From: a virus
Taxonomy: Duplodnaviria > Caudoviricetes
Reading direction: 5' to 3' (one strand)
Virus record (IMG/VR): IMGVR_UViG_3300020045_009140
Coordinates: 1 to 31,551 of that record
Length of the DNA stretch: 31,551 nt
Both the position numbers and the translations under genes were made by a program. Within the stretch, counting starts at the first letter, position 1. Every line of letters begins with the position of its first letter. Shown piece after piece: positions 17,342 through 27,507 of the stretch. Under the pieces are notes generated by a model that saw only the letters and a list, made by a program, of their open reading frames with translations, searched no databases and had not been told where the DNA came from.

Positions 17342-18220
17342 TTATGCTTTGTAAAAAACGATTTCTCCACCAAATGCATAACCTTGACCGGCTAATAGTT
17401 GAACTTTAGTTTTTACCATTCCGTCCAAATTTGTCTCATCTGAGTCAACCATTCTAACATTCTGCATATCAGACTCCAAGCCCGTAGCGAAGTATAAATT
17501 TTTAACCCTATATGCTACCATTGTTTGGTTAGGGAATTTTGAAATAGTATCAATTTTAGTCCCTAAATAGTCCAATTCTTTTGCTCCAACAGTAGTGTTA
17601 TTACCCATTGATGCCTGTGCTGATCTGTACATTTTTGCGATGTCTTTAGATACCACAATTACCACGTCATCCTCTTGGTCTATCTCACTTGGAATAGCGT
17701 TGTAAGTTTTTGCGATTTCAGCCACAACATTTGCTACTGAGATAGTTGCTCCAACTACATCAATAACCGTTGCATCAGCAACGAATTGTGCGAATAAACC
17801 ACTAGTTGAGTCATTCCAGATGTAATTATCAACCGCGTATGCTGTATGTTTAACGATTTCTAACAAAATCGCTTCTTTGATGTCCGATGGTATTTCAGAT
17901 TGCGCTGAAAAAAGTCCTAAATTTTGAGCTGAAAATGTTTGTGCGAAATCTTTTTTACACAATTCATTAGCAATTTCGAATTGCTTAGTTGTGATTTCTT
18001 TTTCAGTCAATGTGATAGTACCAGTAGGGTTCCATCCGCATGTAGCAGCGTGAAGTGTATCAGAATACGCCAATTTTGGTAGGATAGCTGAACCGATTAC
18101 GTTTGGTAAAACAGTGATTAATCCTTTAGAGATTGTGTCACTAGATTTCATCATTTGAACAAAAATTTCTTTGGATGCTGTACCAACGAAAGATGATGTT
18201 ATGGTTGTATTTGTTGCCAT
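17342..18220 (-). CDS. Major capsid protein
   Basis: 292 aa after protease/scaffold and before a terminator; ELCKKDF and NLYFATGL..D motifs as in Flavobacteria phage capsids. Confidence 0.85.
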   Translation of the reverse strand: MATNTTITSSFVGTASKEIFVQMMKSSDTISKGLITVLPNVIGSAILPKLAYSDTLHAATCGWNPTGTITLTEKEITTKQFEIANELCKKDFAQTFSAQNLGLFSAQSEIPSDIKEAILLEIVKHTAYAVDNYIWNDSTSGLFAQFVADATVIDVVGATISVANVVAEIAKTYNAIPSEIDQEDDVVIVVSKDIAKMYRSAQASMGNNTTVGAKELDYLGTKIDTISKFPNQTMVAYRVKNLYFATGLESDMQNVRMVDSDETNLDGMVKTKVQLLAGQGYAFGGEIVFYKA

Positions 18221-18238
18221 TTATTGTTGTTGTTTTTT

Positions 18239-19912
18239 TTATTTTTGGTTTTTTATCATGTCTTTAATGACTGATAATGTGGTTTTTGGTGCGTTTTTAT
18301 CTTTGTTGATTTCGGTATCGTTCAGATTAACCCCCTCAACTTTTGGTATTTCGGATAATTTAATTGCCTCGGCTTTTAAATCAACATTTTCGTTTTTTAT
18401 TGCGATTAATTCAGCTTGTAATGCTGCATTTTCTGCCTCTAAATCAGCGACTTTAGTATTAGCAATTTCCAGATCTGCCTTCATTTGCTCCACATCTGGT
18501 GCATCAACTTCAACATCCTCAGCTGCATCAACTTCAACATCCGCGATTTCGATAATTACACCGTTTTCATCAGTTTTGAAATTTTTATTCTCGAATACGA
18601 ATGCTGCATTAATTAATGGTTGGTTGTCTTTATCAAACACTACCATATCTTTATCCAAGGCTTCTGCCATTACACTCAAATCATCTGAAATCTTAAATTC
18701 TGACAATTGAGCCTCCAATAGTATCTTTGCCATTACAGCCTCTTTAACTTTCGAATAATTCATTTTTTGGTTATTTTTTTTATTTTCTCGACCAATACCC
18801 ATTCGGGAATCAATCGAAAATCCTTTGACTTTACCAGATGATACATAGTCCTTCCAGATATCGTCATTTTCAACTTTCATCGAAATCATCCAAGTTCCTG
18901 CTGGTAAGTCATTGAATCCTAATGCGTTTGCTTTATCGTTTTTTGAATCTGTAATTATCCAACTTTCGAAAAAATACACACCCTCAATAACTTGGTTATC
19001 ATCATGCTCGATGGTGGAATTTTTCTGGTATTGATTTTTAAAGAAATTTTGCTGTAATTGTTCGATGGTATCAGCAGATGCCTTCACATAACATTTTTCG
19101 CCTTTCAAATCTCTATATATCAATTGTTCCGGGATAAGTACCGGCGATGTTAAGATTCGTTTTTCTTTATTGGATGCTGAAAATTTTAATTCCTCTGAGG
19201 ATAGTCTCCAGTAGTTATTTGATGCTGATGCAACCTGTGATACTTCGGATGGATTTAATTCAAGTTTGGCTTTTTTTGCATCGGATTTTGATAGTTTTCC
19301 AATTTCTTTAAGTGCGTCAAAAACAGACATTTTTTTGTTGTTTTTGTTGAAATAAATTTTTCTGGTAAAATAATGTTGGCAGTTAACTCCGCCCTTGTAC
19401 ATCAATACATTATATCGATTGGCACCTTTTGCGCCTAGCCCGGGATTTGCTCCGGAATTTACAAGGTCTTCTTTTTTAAATGTCAACCCAGAACTAGCCA
19501 TTTTAATGCAAAAATCTCTGGATGTTGCACTGGTAGATGATGGTGTGTATTCGTATCGGACTTTAAAAATCTCATTATCCTCAACACCGTCACCAGCACT
19601 TTGGGATACAACACTAGCAAATGATATATCAGTGTCACTTTCATCATTTACACGGGTTTCATCTAATAATTCCCATTGTTCAGCATCGATTTTCTCACCT
19701 TTAGACAAAATAAAATCTGTAATCTCCGGGGCAATATCATCACCATCAGTTGAACAATTACATTCGATTATTTCCACATTGGAAAATTTCAAAAAGTCAA
19801 CATTAATGGCTGGATTTTCGACTAATGAAACACCGTATACACCCACCATTTGATTTACATCAAACTCTAGGTCATAAATCGGTAAATTTGTATCAATCTT
19901 AGGTACTGCCAT
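18239..19912 (-). CDS. XkdF-like prohead protease with inserted domain and fused scaffold
   Basis: VSLVENPAI, PVLIP...IYR, TIEH, ESWI, P.GTWM, VKGFSID; acidic coiled-coil C-terminus. Confidence 0.88.
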   Translation of the reverse strand: MAVPKIDTNLPIYDLEFDVNQMVGVYGVSLVENPAINVDFLKFSNVEIIECNCSTDGDDIAPEITDFILSKGEKIDAEQWELLDETRVNDESDTDISFASVVSQSAGDGVEDNEIFKVRYEYTPSSTSATSRDFCIKMASSGLTFKKEDLVNSGANPGLGAKGANRYNVLMYKGGVNCQHYFTRKIYFNKNNKKMSVFDALKEIGKLSKSDAKKAKLELNPSEVSQVASASNNYWRLSSEELKFSASNKEKRILTSPVLIPEQLIYRDLKGEKCYVKASADTIEQLQQNFFKNQYQKNSTIEHDDNQVIEGVYFFESWIITDSKNDKANALGFNDLPAGTWMISMKVENDDIWKDYVSSGKVKGFSIDSRMGIGRENKKNNQKMNYSKVKEAVMAKILLEAQLSEFKISDDLSVMAEALDKDMVVFDKDNQPLINAAFVFENKNFKTDENGVIIEIADVEVDAAEDVEVDAPDVEQMKADLEIANTKVADLEAENAALQAELIAIKNENVDLKAEAIKLSEIPKVEGVNLNDTEINKDKNAPKTTLSVIKDMIKNQK

Positions 19913-19917
19913 CTAAC

Positions 19918-19945
19918 TATATAATGACCGTTTACCGTTTTGATT
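19918..19945 (-). promoter_or_regulatory. Phage motif class B (late-promoter candidate), AATCA-N14-CATTATATA
   Basis: Same spacing as the copy at 27704-27731; 5 nt before the protease ATG. Confidence 0.6.
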
Positions 19946-19957
19946 GGTTTTTTTACC

Positions 19958-22045
19958 TTAAAATTTGGCAGAATCTGATATTTGACGGTCCAATTGTTGT
20001 GCCTTGGTGATGTCAGTTGAAACAACGAACGCTTTGACCACTGTATTTTTTTCAGATGCTAATTTAATCGAGTCAGATATTTGACTTTGCGGACTATTTT
20101 GGAATGCCACCGATGGTGCAGCGGTTGCCGCTGCTGATACTGATGAACCACCTCCACCACTATCACCATCACCAGATGATAATAATTGTTTTGCCTTGGC
20201 AATGTTGGCCAATATAGGAATTATCCCAGCCGCGTATGTTGCTATTTTGGTTGGTAAATAGGCTGGTCCTGCTGCTGCTCCGGTCGCCTCTGACCCCTTA
20301 ACTAATGATGAAATTGCTGATGCTGTATCGGCCCCTATTTGTGTTAATGTCAATGCTTTTTGAAGTTTTTTAGCGGCTTTTCCTTTAACAAGTCCCAATT
20401 TTTCAAGTGAATCTAAGGTTGCCATACCTTGACCTGCCATGTCTTTAATTGACGAATATTTTATCTTTTCGATTTCTGCACGTTTATCGGCAGCCTCAGT
20501 TGCATTAGCGTTTTCGCGCTCGGTATATCCCGCATTCAAGGACTTAATTTGTTCAGCTGTTGCACCGGCTAATTCCATTTTTCTCACATCAGCAAGGCGT
20601 TGTGCTTCTAATTTATTATTGTTATAAAGTTCGATATCTGTAACTTCTTGTGCGTTTTTTGCATCATTAAATGTTTTTTCAGACATGGCACCTGCAAGCA
20701 ATGAATCTATTGTACTATTATCGGTTAGTATTTTATCTGCTGCTGCTTTATCAATAGCCTCTTTAGCTACTCTTTGAGCTTCTTGGTACTTTAAATTGAT
20801 ATCATTTTTATCATTCAAATATTTAATCTCTAACGCATTAGTATCTGCACCGTATTTCTCCAATGCTTTTTTATTCTCATTATATTTATCGGTTAAGATT
20901 TTAGTCTCTTTGTCCTTATCAGTCAACAATGCCAATTCATTTGCTGCCTTTGCCGCGTCATTTATTGTTTTAATTTCGGACAATTCTTTTGCTCTAGTTG
21001 CCTTTGCTTCGCTTGCTGCTTTGTCATTCGCTGCCTTTAAATCGTCATTCGCTTTATGGTTCGCGCTGGTTTTTTCGGCTGTAATAGCCACCTCATTCGA
21101 ACGAACAGTTGCCGCTCTATTTTTGTAAGATTTATCTAAAATATTATTCTGCTCCTGCAATTCTTTATATGCTGATTGGGTCAATTTTTCTTGTGCAGCA
21201 ATTACTTCATCAGCAGCACCAGCAGATTTTAATGATGCTAATGTGTTACGTTCCCTAATAAATGTGTTACTCGCTAATGTTGCATTTGTTTTATTTAATG
21301 CGATTTCCTCCGCGATGTGTTTCAATGTTAATTTTCTCAATTCTTCACTCGATGCACCGGCTGCTGCTGCCATGGCATATACATGCTCATTATGTGTCTT
21401 TAGTGCGTTTGCGGATCTTGCAGCCTTAACACTTTGTTGTTCAAGTGCTATTGTGTTTTTTGCTGTTTTTGCGGCTGCTTCATCATTGGCTGCTGATGAA
21501 TCAATTAAATATTTAGTGAATAAATAAATACCAGTACCGGCTGCTACCAATAATGCAATAAATGCAACTAAAGGATTTGCCAGAACTGCTGCATTCCACA
21601 ACCATTGCGCCGCGGTTGCCACAGTTGTTGCAGCAGTTGCAATACCTTTAGCAACCGTTGATGCCACTGTTGATGCCGTATCTTTTATTTTGGTTAATAT
21701 CGCACTTTGATTCGCGGTGTTGTTACTAACTGTTGATACAGTCATTATATTAGTGGCTGCTGTATCCGCTTTTTTTCCGGTAATAAATAATGCTGATGCC
21801 TCAACTGCATCTTTAACCATCATGGCATATCCTCCGGTTAAATCATTCAATAATCCCATCGCACCACCATTCTCTAGTATCGAATTGGCATTAGTTTTCA
21901 GTGCCGCGGTATGACCGTTCAATGCCGCGGTAGCATTAGATGTATTACCGCCTAACTGGTCCGTTGTATTGGATAAATTTTGAATTTCCGCTTGTGCTTC
22001 TTTAGCATTTGTGTTTATGTTAATTGTGGCTGTTTTAGTTATCAC
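19958..22045 (-). CDS. Tail tape measure protein
   Basis: 695 aa, Ala-rich helical, AQWLWNAAVLANP repeat motif; GTG start. Confidence 0.9.
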   Translation of the reverse strand: MITKTATININTNAKEAQAEIQNLSNTTDQLGGNTSNATAALNGHTAALKTNANSILENGGAMGLLNDLTGGYAMMVKDAVEASALFITGKKADTAATNIMTVSTVSNNTANQSAILTKIKDTASTVASTVAKGIATAATTVATAAQWLWNAAVLANPLVAFIALLVAAGTGIYLFTKYLIDSSAANDEAAAKTAKNTIALEQQSVKAARSANALKTHNEHVYAMAAAAGASSEELRKLTLKHIAEEIALNKTNATLASNTFIRERNTLASLKSAGAADEVIAAQEKLTQSAYKELQEQNNILDKSYKNRAATVRSNEVAITAEKTSANHKANDDLKAANDKAASEAKATRAKELSEIKTINDAAKAANELALLTDKDKETKILTDKYNENKKALEKYGADTNALEIKYLNDKNDINLKYQEAQRVAKEAIDKAAADKILTDNSTIDSLLAGAMSEKTFNDAKNAQEVTDIELYNNNKLEAQRLADVRKMELAGATAEQIKSLNAGYTERENANATEAADKRAEIEKIKYSSIKDMAGQGMATLDSLEKLGLVKGKAAKKLQKALTLTQIGADTASAISSLVKGSEATGAAAGPAYLPTKIATYAAGIIPILANIAKAKQLLSSGDGDSGGGGSSVSAAATAAPSVAFQNSPQSQISDSIKLASEKNTVVKAFVVSTDITKAQQLDRQISDSAKF

Positions 22046-22193
22046 TTTTTTTGGTTAATATTTTTCGTTTGGCAGTTTTAAATGATTCCCTAAAACTATC
22101 CGGGTATTTATTGATGCCTTTAAGGATGTCGATATCAGAATCAATACCGTAATAATCACCTAATTGTAACATCTCATATATTTGTTTAAACAT
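22035..22193 (-). CDS. Small protein upstream of tape measure (52 aa, below track cutoff)
   Basis: MFKQIYEMLQLGDYYGIDSDIDILKGINKYPDSFRESFKTAKRKILTKKSDN; A-rich leader; stop overlaps the TMP start. Confidence 0.75.
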   Translation of the reverse strand: MFKQIYEMLQLGDYYGIDSDIDILKGINKYPDSFRESFKTAKRKILTKKSDN

Positions 22194-22209
22194 TTTTAAT
22201 TATTATTTT

Positions 22210-24321
22210 TTATCTGATTACATTATTCAATTTCAGCTTAGCATTTCCGTTAATAATATTCAATTGTATATCTGTAATTGTATAATTTTCGTTAGAAATA
22301 ACTATCTGATTATTAAGTGATAATGTGGTAAAAATATGCCTTGGTAGATTGGCCTCAATTTCAAATTCCCTGGCGTAATTGCTGTAAATGGACTTAACCA
22401 GATCAGCATATCCATTTTTAAATAATGATTCCATCATTTGACCGCTATCCAACATATTTTCAGAGGAAAATGCCAATGAAGTTGTCGGTACTGCCAGATC
22501 ATCAATGTTTGAAAATATGGGATAATTTGTAATGGAATAGTTAGTTGATGGTGCTACACTATATGCTATATATTTCGATTCATTAATTTCTGAAAATCCA
22601 TTATAAAAAAATATGGTTGGCTTATTTGTCACAACCGAATTATTCTCACCTGCTGCATCACCAACTATCCACGTATTGTTTAAAAAATAATCATCGGCAA
22701 AATCCACACCGGATAATTCGCGGAAATTCATCAAATTAAATTTAGATTCAATTTTATATTCATCCGTATCGCCGTCAACATATTCCGCTGTAATTGCACC
22801 ATATTCGCGTGCCGGTTTTTGTGCTTTTTTATAAGAAATATTGTACCAATAAGATGACTCCGCATGTGTGAATGTCAACTTTTTATAGGTTTTAATTTTG
22901 TTTATTTTTTTGGTAGAAGTGCAATATTTAGTGATATCTAGTATTTTCCCGGTAGCATAAAAATCGGTGAAATACTCTAATTGATACACATTATCATCCA
23001 TCGGTAAAATGACCAAATTGAACATTTTTATTATCGATGTCAAAAAATCTTGAATTTTCAATTCCGGTAAATTTTCTGAAATGGTCACGCGATTTTGTAA
23101 TAAAGTGGATACGGTTGATGCAATGGTGGTCGTATTCACGGCGCGGAATGGTGGGTTCGAAAATGTTCGTTGAATTTTTATTTCACTATCGATTAATGCA
23201 ACCGTATCAGCGTCTTTAGTCTCAGCAATAAATCGGAATGTTTTTTTAGTTCCAATCGGTTCCGTGGTTGGTGACCATGAGTATTCAACTAAATTATTTT
23301 GGTCACCCTTTCGATATTCCGCTGATTGGGATACTATTCCGAAATTAAATTGGTCCGCGGTTGCCATTTCATTAACCGTTCCATCAGCATTTAATATTAC
23401 CTGTTGTATTTTTCCAATATATTCCGTGGTCGTGTTCGACATGTCCACATTGATGGATATTTTGAATTTATAAGTAAATGAATCGCCGTTCAAATTCGCC
23501 GGGCTGTCATATCTAATAACTGAAACATAATCATGTAAGTCACTATACTCGATATAATTAGTATTAGTAAATGTACCATTCGTTGAAATGACTATACCAC
23601 CACTATCAAAAACAGAATTGGATTTGTTCAGCCACATATATAACTTATCCAACCGGCCGGAATCAATAAAACCACCGGTGAAATTAATCCCATATTTATT
23701 TTCAATTCCGGCTAATATTTTACTCATTTTAATCGCCGGGCGTAGTTCACCGCGTTTAATTCCCAATGGGTTAAATACTAATGGGTCATATTTGAAATCT
23801 GAATATTGCGTAAAATTTCTTAAACTAGATATTAATGGTATTTCGATATCCTTATTTAATATTGTGTTCGAAAATGACCCGTGTACAGCTGCATCATCGA
23901 ATGGAATTATATTACTTCCCATCACGGTGGAATAGTCCAATTGTGAAATTAATACATCACCAAAAATGTCCTTTAAGCCCTTTAATAATGTGGTAAATTG
24001 GACCGTGTAACTTTTATAATCGCCGCGGTCATTCGTTTGGAACGACATTAATTTTAGCGTACCTTTTTTGTAAAAAACACCACCGATATCCACCCGCGAA
24101 GCAATCCCAATGTTGGACACTTGGATGTCATTTTTTACATCGAACCAATATTTCAATGCCTTGTTATTTACGGGTGATGCAGGAATAGTAAATGTTTGCG
24201 TATAACTGCTGTAATTAGTCGCAATGTCTCGGATGTCAACCTGTTTTAAATTTATAATTATATTTTCATCATCGAATAATTCCAAAATATTTTCATCTGC
24301 ATATATTTGTACATCATTCAT
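22210..24321 (-). CDS. Tail tip/baseplate hub protein
   Basis: LELFDDE.I...DIRDI....SSYTQTFTIPAS..NN, LRPAIK, IQDFLTSIIKMFNL. Confidence 0.75.
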   Translation of the reverse strand: MNDVQIYADENILELFDDENIIINLKQVDIRDIATNYSSYTQTFTIPASPVNNKALKYWFDVKNDIQVSNIGIASRVDIGGVFYKKGTLKLMSFQTNDRGDYKSYTVQFTTLLKGLKDIFGDVLISQLDYSTVMGSNIIPFDDAAVHGSFSNTILNKDIEIPLISSLRNFTQYSDFKYDPLVFNPLGIKRGELRPAIKMSKILAGIENKYGINFTGGFIDSGRLDKLYMWLNKSNSVFDSGGIVISTNGTFTNTNYIEYSDLHDYVSVIRYDSPANLNGDSFTYKFKISINVDMSNTTTEYIGKIQQVILNADGTVNEMATADQFNFGIVSQSAEYRKGDQNNLVEYSWSPTTEPIGTKKTFRFIAETKDADTVALIDSEIKIQRTFSNPPFRAVNTTTIASTVSTLLQNRVTISENLPELKIQDFLTSIIKMFNLVILPMDDNVYQLEYFTDFYATGKILDITKYCTSTKKINKIKTYKKLTFTHAESSYWYNISYKKAQKPAREYGAITAEYVDGDTDEYKIESKFNLMNFRELSGVDFADDYFLNNTWIVGDAAGENNSVVTNKPTIFFYNGFSEINESKYIAYSVAPSTNYSITNYPIFSNIDDLAVPTTSLAFSSENMLDSGQMMESLFKNGYADLVKSIYSNYAREFEIEANLPRHIFTTLSLNNQIVISNENYTITDIQLNIINGNAKLKLNNVIR

Positions 24322-24323
24322 TC

Positions 24324-25766
24324 TTATTTAATGTTATTTTGGTAGTCATTCGCTTCGACAAATGATAATGTATACTGCATTTTGGCCTTATCATTTAATG
24401 CTGTTTTTTGGACAAAATCAGTTTCAGTTAAGTTGATGGGAATGAATGATTCTGTACTGTAATCGATTAACCAGTGTCTATCACTAGCCACCAATTGTTC
24501 GATGTAACTAACATTTATTTCATCTAAAATATCGGTATTGAATGACCAATTAACATCAGCATTTTTATTGATAATTGCACTAGTGCGCTCCGCGGTGGAA
24601 TAGTTCCATGGTGTCGATTTCAATCTATTGTATTTTTCATTTTTCATTTTTAGAGTACGCGTTGATGATCTTGGAAATGTGTAAGTGTCCAATATACCAT
24701 TGCGGTCCAGATACATTATCTGATGTGGGGTGTTTAGTCCTGCACATACCAGCTTATAATTACTAGTAAATTCTCGCTTAATTAATGTTTGTGTTCCGGT
24801 AGCAGTTGGGTAAAGTGAGGCATCATAAACAAATGTGTTATAGGTGTGGTATTTATGTTCATTTAGGGTTAATTTATCATAACTTCCAGAATCAATTGTT
24901 ACTATACCACTGTCAATAGAGATTAAAATACTATCAATTGTGATTATATTTTCATCCACATATATTGTGATTTTGGGATTCGAACCCTCAGAATGTAGTC
25001 CATAACCCAATGTTGCTAATTTCAGATCAGAATTAATGATCTCAACTACACTAGAGGACCCAAATGCGGTTAAATAGGAACGAATTTGGTACTTGAAATT
25101 GATGATTTCACCAAAATTTGCGGTGGAAATATTATCAAAAAAGGAACTATTTGGCACCGGGTCAATCATATCTGCGATGTAATCGGAAATATTAAGATGA
25201 ACACCTGTAGATGTTGGTGTTATTTTGTGTGAAGTTAGTGTATAGGTAGGTGTTGATGGAATAGCAGCAAAATCACCCGCCCAAATGAATAGGTCAATCT
25301 CGATAAATGTGAAATTTTTGTAATTATTATAATAATTTACCCAATATGGACTTTTAGACATTACTATGTCAACCGTAGTGGTGTCCATTGTTATTGGCGT
25401 GACCGTGGTATAATTAGTAATTGTGAATGTTACGGCATCAATAGATGTGAAATTTCCATTACCGGCCAAATATTCAACTTGCAAAAAATATTTTCCTGAT
25501 TGTTCCATATATACTCTATATGGAAATCGATTGGATAAATAATATCCATCGGTTGTGTTGAACGGGTGTATATTATACAAAAAAGTGGTGTTCATTATCA
25601 CTTTTTCATTCGCGGGTATAGTACTCTCAGTATTTATTGTATAATTTGATACTATCCCATTGATGACCATTAACGCCTCAGTCTCGTTCAATAATTCAAA
25701 ATTCCAATATGTTTTACTTCCAATTATGTTGGCTGTTCTTTGACCAATTGTTATATTTTTTAACAT
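24324..25766 (-). CDS. Minor tail (distal tail-like) protein
   Basis: 480 aa in the tail module; SPY, GYG...EG.NP, YLDRNG, K..LNDK..QYTL.F patterns. Confidence 0.7.
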   Translation of the reverse strand: MLKNITIGQRTANIIGSKTYWNFELLNETEALMVINGIVSNYTINTESTIPANEKVIMNTTFLYNIHPFNTTDGYYLSNRFPYRVYMEQSGKYFLQVEYLAGNGNFTSIDAVTFTITNYTTVTPITMDTTTVDIVMSKSPYWVNYYNNYKNFTFIEIDLFIWAGDFAAIPSTPTYTLTSHKITPTSTGVHLNISDYIADMIDPVPNSSFFDNISTANFGEIINFKYQIRSYLTAFGSSSVVEIINSDLKLATLGYGLHSEGSNPKITIYVDENIITIDSILISIDSGIVTIDSGSYDKLTLNEHKYHTYNTFVYDASLYPTATGTQTLIKREFTSNYKLVCAGLNTPHQIMYLDRNGILDTYTFPRSSTRTLKMKNEKYNRLKSTPWNYSTAERTSAIINKNADVNWSFNTDILDEINVSYIEQLVASDRHWLIDYSTESFIPINLTETDFVQKTALNDKAKMQYTLSFVEANDYQNNIK

Positions 25767-25784
25767 TAATTATTCATTCTTTTT

Positions 25785-26300
25785 TTACTCATCACCAAAT
25801 CCATTTAGGATATCATCCGCTTGTGCTTCGGCTAAATAATCAGTGAATTTTTCTAATTCTTCATTTAAGACATCATTAAAAAAATTCATTGGTTTTATAC
25901 CTTTTCTGTAAATCGAATTGACAACCGCCCATGGTGATATTCCATGTGCCACCGCCCATGGTCTTATTTGGTCAACCGGTGGTTTTTTATCTCGATATGA
26001 GAATGGTGATTTGGTCACAACGGAACGATTTGTTTTAAATCTTTTATCCGCTTTGCCTCCTTTTGTTTTTTGATATCCTACACCATTAACACCTTGGTCG
26101 ACAAAATCTTGGTAATATTCACCCAAAATTTCAATACCAACATCACCATCAGCATCCGTAATAATTTGAGCATCAATAGCATCAATCATTTTACCGGTCC
26201 AAATACCTCTACCATTCTCCTGTAATCTAGCTTTACTTTTTTGTCTTAAAGTAGCAACCAGTAATTCACCAGCCTTTTTTAAATCACTATCTGTTAACAT
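25785..26300 (-). CDS. Neck/tail-completion protein (HK97 gp10-like)
   Basis: TGKM..., Y..FVDQGV.G, KKPP, SIYRKGIKP..FF. Confidence 0.7.
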   Translation of the reverse strand: MLTDSDLKKAGELLVATLRQKSKARLQENGRGIWTGKMIDAIDAQIITDADGDVGIEILGEYYQDFVDQGVNGVGYQKTKGGKADKRFKTNRSVVTKSPFSYRDKKPPVDQIRPWAVAHGISPWAVVNSIYRKGIKPMNFFNDVLNEELEKFTDYLAEAQADDILNGFGDE

Positions 26301-26743
26301 GTTGCAATTTCATTTTGGATAGAAATCACAAAAGAACATTCGAACCCATCCAATAAATGAACACCCTCAAATATGATTGGTGTTGCAGATGTGGATGATT
26401 CCAAAACGATGTCTAAATTATTTGGTTTTAACTCCAAATTTGTCAATGCTTCAAGCATAATTCTGGATGACATATTTAGCGAGTCAATTAGATTATCGCC
26501 AAAGATTTTTTGTGTTTGAAAGTGGTTCGGTTGTGTTCGGATATCGACCACTGCAATGTCGTATGTTAAGTATATTCTTTTGCCTTCTAGACTGATCTGT
26601 GAAGGCATAATGTGAACCAATGGATATACATCATTCTTATTTAAATTATTTGCGTCAATGGCCCCAAATAGGATAGTATTTACATTGTCATTAGCATCAA
26701 ATAAGTCTATTATATATTGTGTTGCAAGTGCATAATTGGTCAT
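26294..26743 (-). CDS. Tail terminator-like protein
   Basis: VNTI.FG...YPLVHI; 149 aa, acidic. Confidence 0.65.
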   Translation of the reverse strand: MTNYALATQYIIDLFDANDNVNTILFGAIDANNLNKNDVYPLVHIMPSQISLEGKRIYLTYDIAVVDIRTQPNHFQTQKIFGDNLIDSLNMSSRIMLEALTNLELKPNNLDIVLESSTSATPIIFEGVHLLDGFECSFVISIQNEIATC

Positions 26744-26745
26744 TT

Positions 26746-27497
26746 TTAATTATTATTTTTCTTCTCAAATTCATTTTTTTCCAGTCGAAAAGAACACCAG
26801 TATAAAAATGTATGTGCGTTCATTTTATATACTTTTTCGATTTCCAGAATGTTGTCGTTCGCTGCCAAATAGACTAGTAAAACATAGCCGGAATATTTTA
26901 GGGTAAATTTATTCGGTGACGTGAAGCTAGTGCGTTCATTTTCTTCATCTCTTGCTCCGTATATGCTAGTATAACTTGATTTAATTTTTCGTAAATACTC
27001 AAAAAAAAAGCTAATACACCAGTCAAATAATGAAATGGTAAATCTTTAAATAATTGATGTGTACCATTATATGGTTCAATTAAATAGGAATCATTTCGCT
27101 CAAATGTAATAGGTCGAAATAATATAGACATCAGTGATATGAAGTCTTTTTTTATTAAATAAGAATCCAAATCTATTAGCTCACCAGCTGTTATATCTTT
27201 ATCGAATGAGGGTATAAGGCCGTATTTGTGACCTCCAAATGTGAATGTGGTATATAGTGTTGGCTTTGTGTTTAATACCGCGTTTAAATGGTGTAGGATT
27301 TCGTCTATCTCGTTCTGCTTCAACTTGTTTACGTGCTTCATCGGTACATCACAAAATAATTCAATCATCTTGTTTTGTAAAAATAATTTGTCAATATCCG
27401 GGGTGGTGGTTAACTTCTCAAATGTTATCCATTTAGATAATGAAATCTCATCTGGTGATGTTGGAATGGTGTAGGTAAATTGTTGTTGCTCAGTCAT
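26746..27497 (-). CDS. Tail assembly chaperone, -1 frameshifted long form (~250 aa)
   Basis: GCT TTT TTT TTG at 27011-27000; the -1 frame is open for 84 codons to TAA at 26748-26746, 2 nt before the next ATG. Confidence 0.75.
26898..27497 (-). CDS. Tail assembly chaperone, short form
   Basis: IP....EI.L, YGLIP..D.IT.GE.IDLD.Y, MSILFRPI; contains a T9 slippery run. Confidence 0.75.
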   Translation of the reverse strand: MTEQQQFTYTIPTSPDEISLSKWITFEKLTTTPDIDKLFLQNKMIELFCDVPMKHVNKLKQNEIDEILHHLNAVLNTKPTLYTTFTFGGHKYGLIPSFDKDITAGELIDLDSYLIKKDFISLMSILFRPITFERNDSYLIEPYNGTHQLFKDLPFHYLTGVLAFFLSIYEKLNQVILAYTEQEMKKMNALASRHRINLP

Positions 27498-27507
27498 TAT
27501 CTATATA

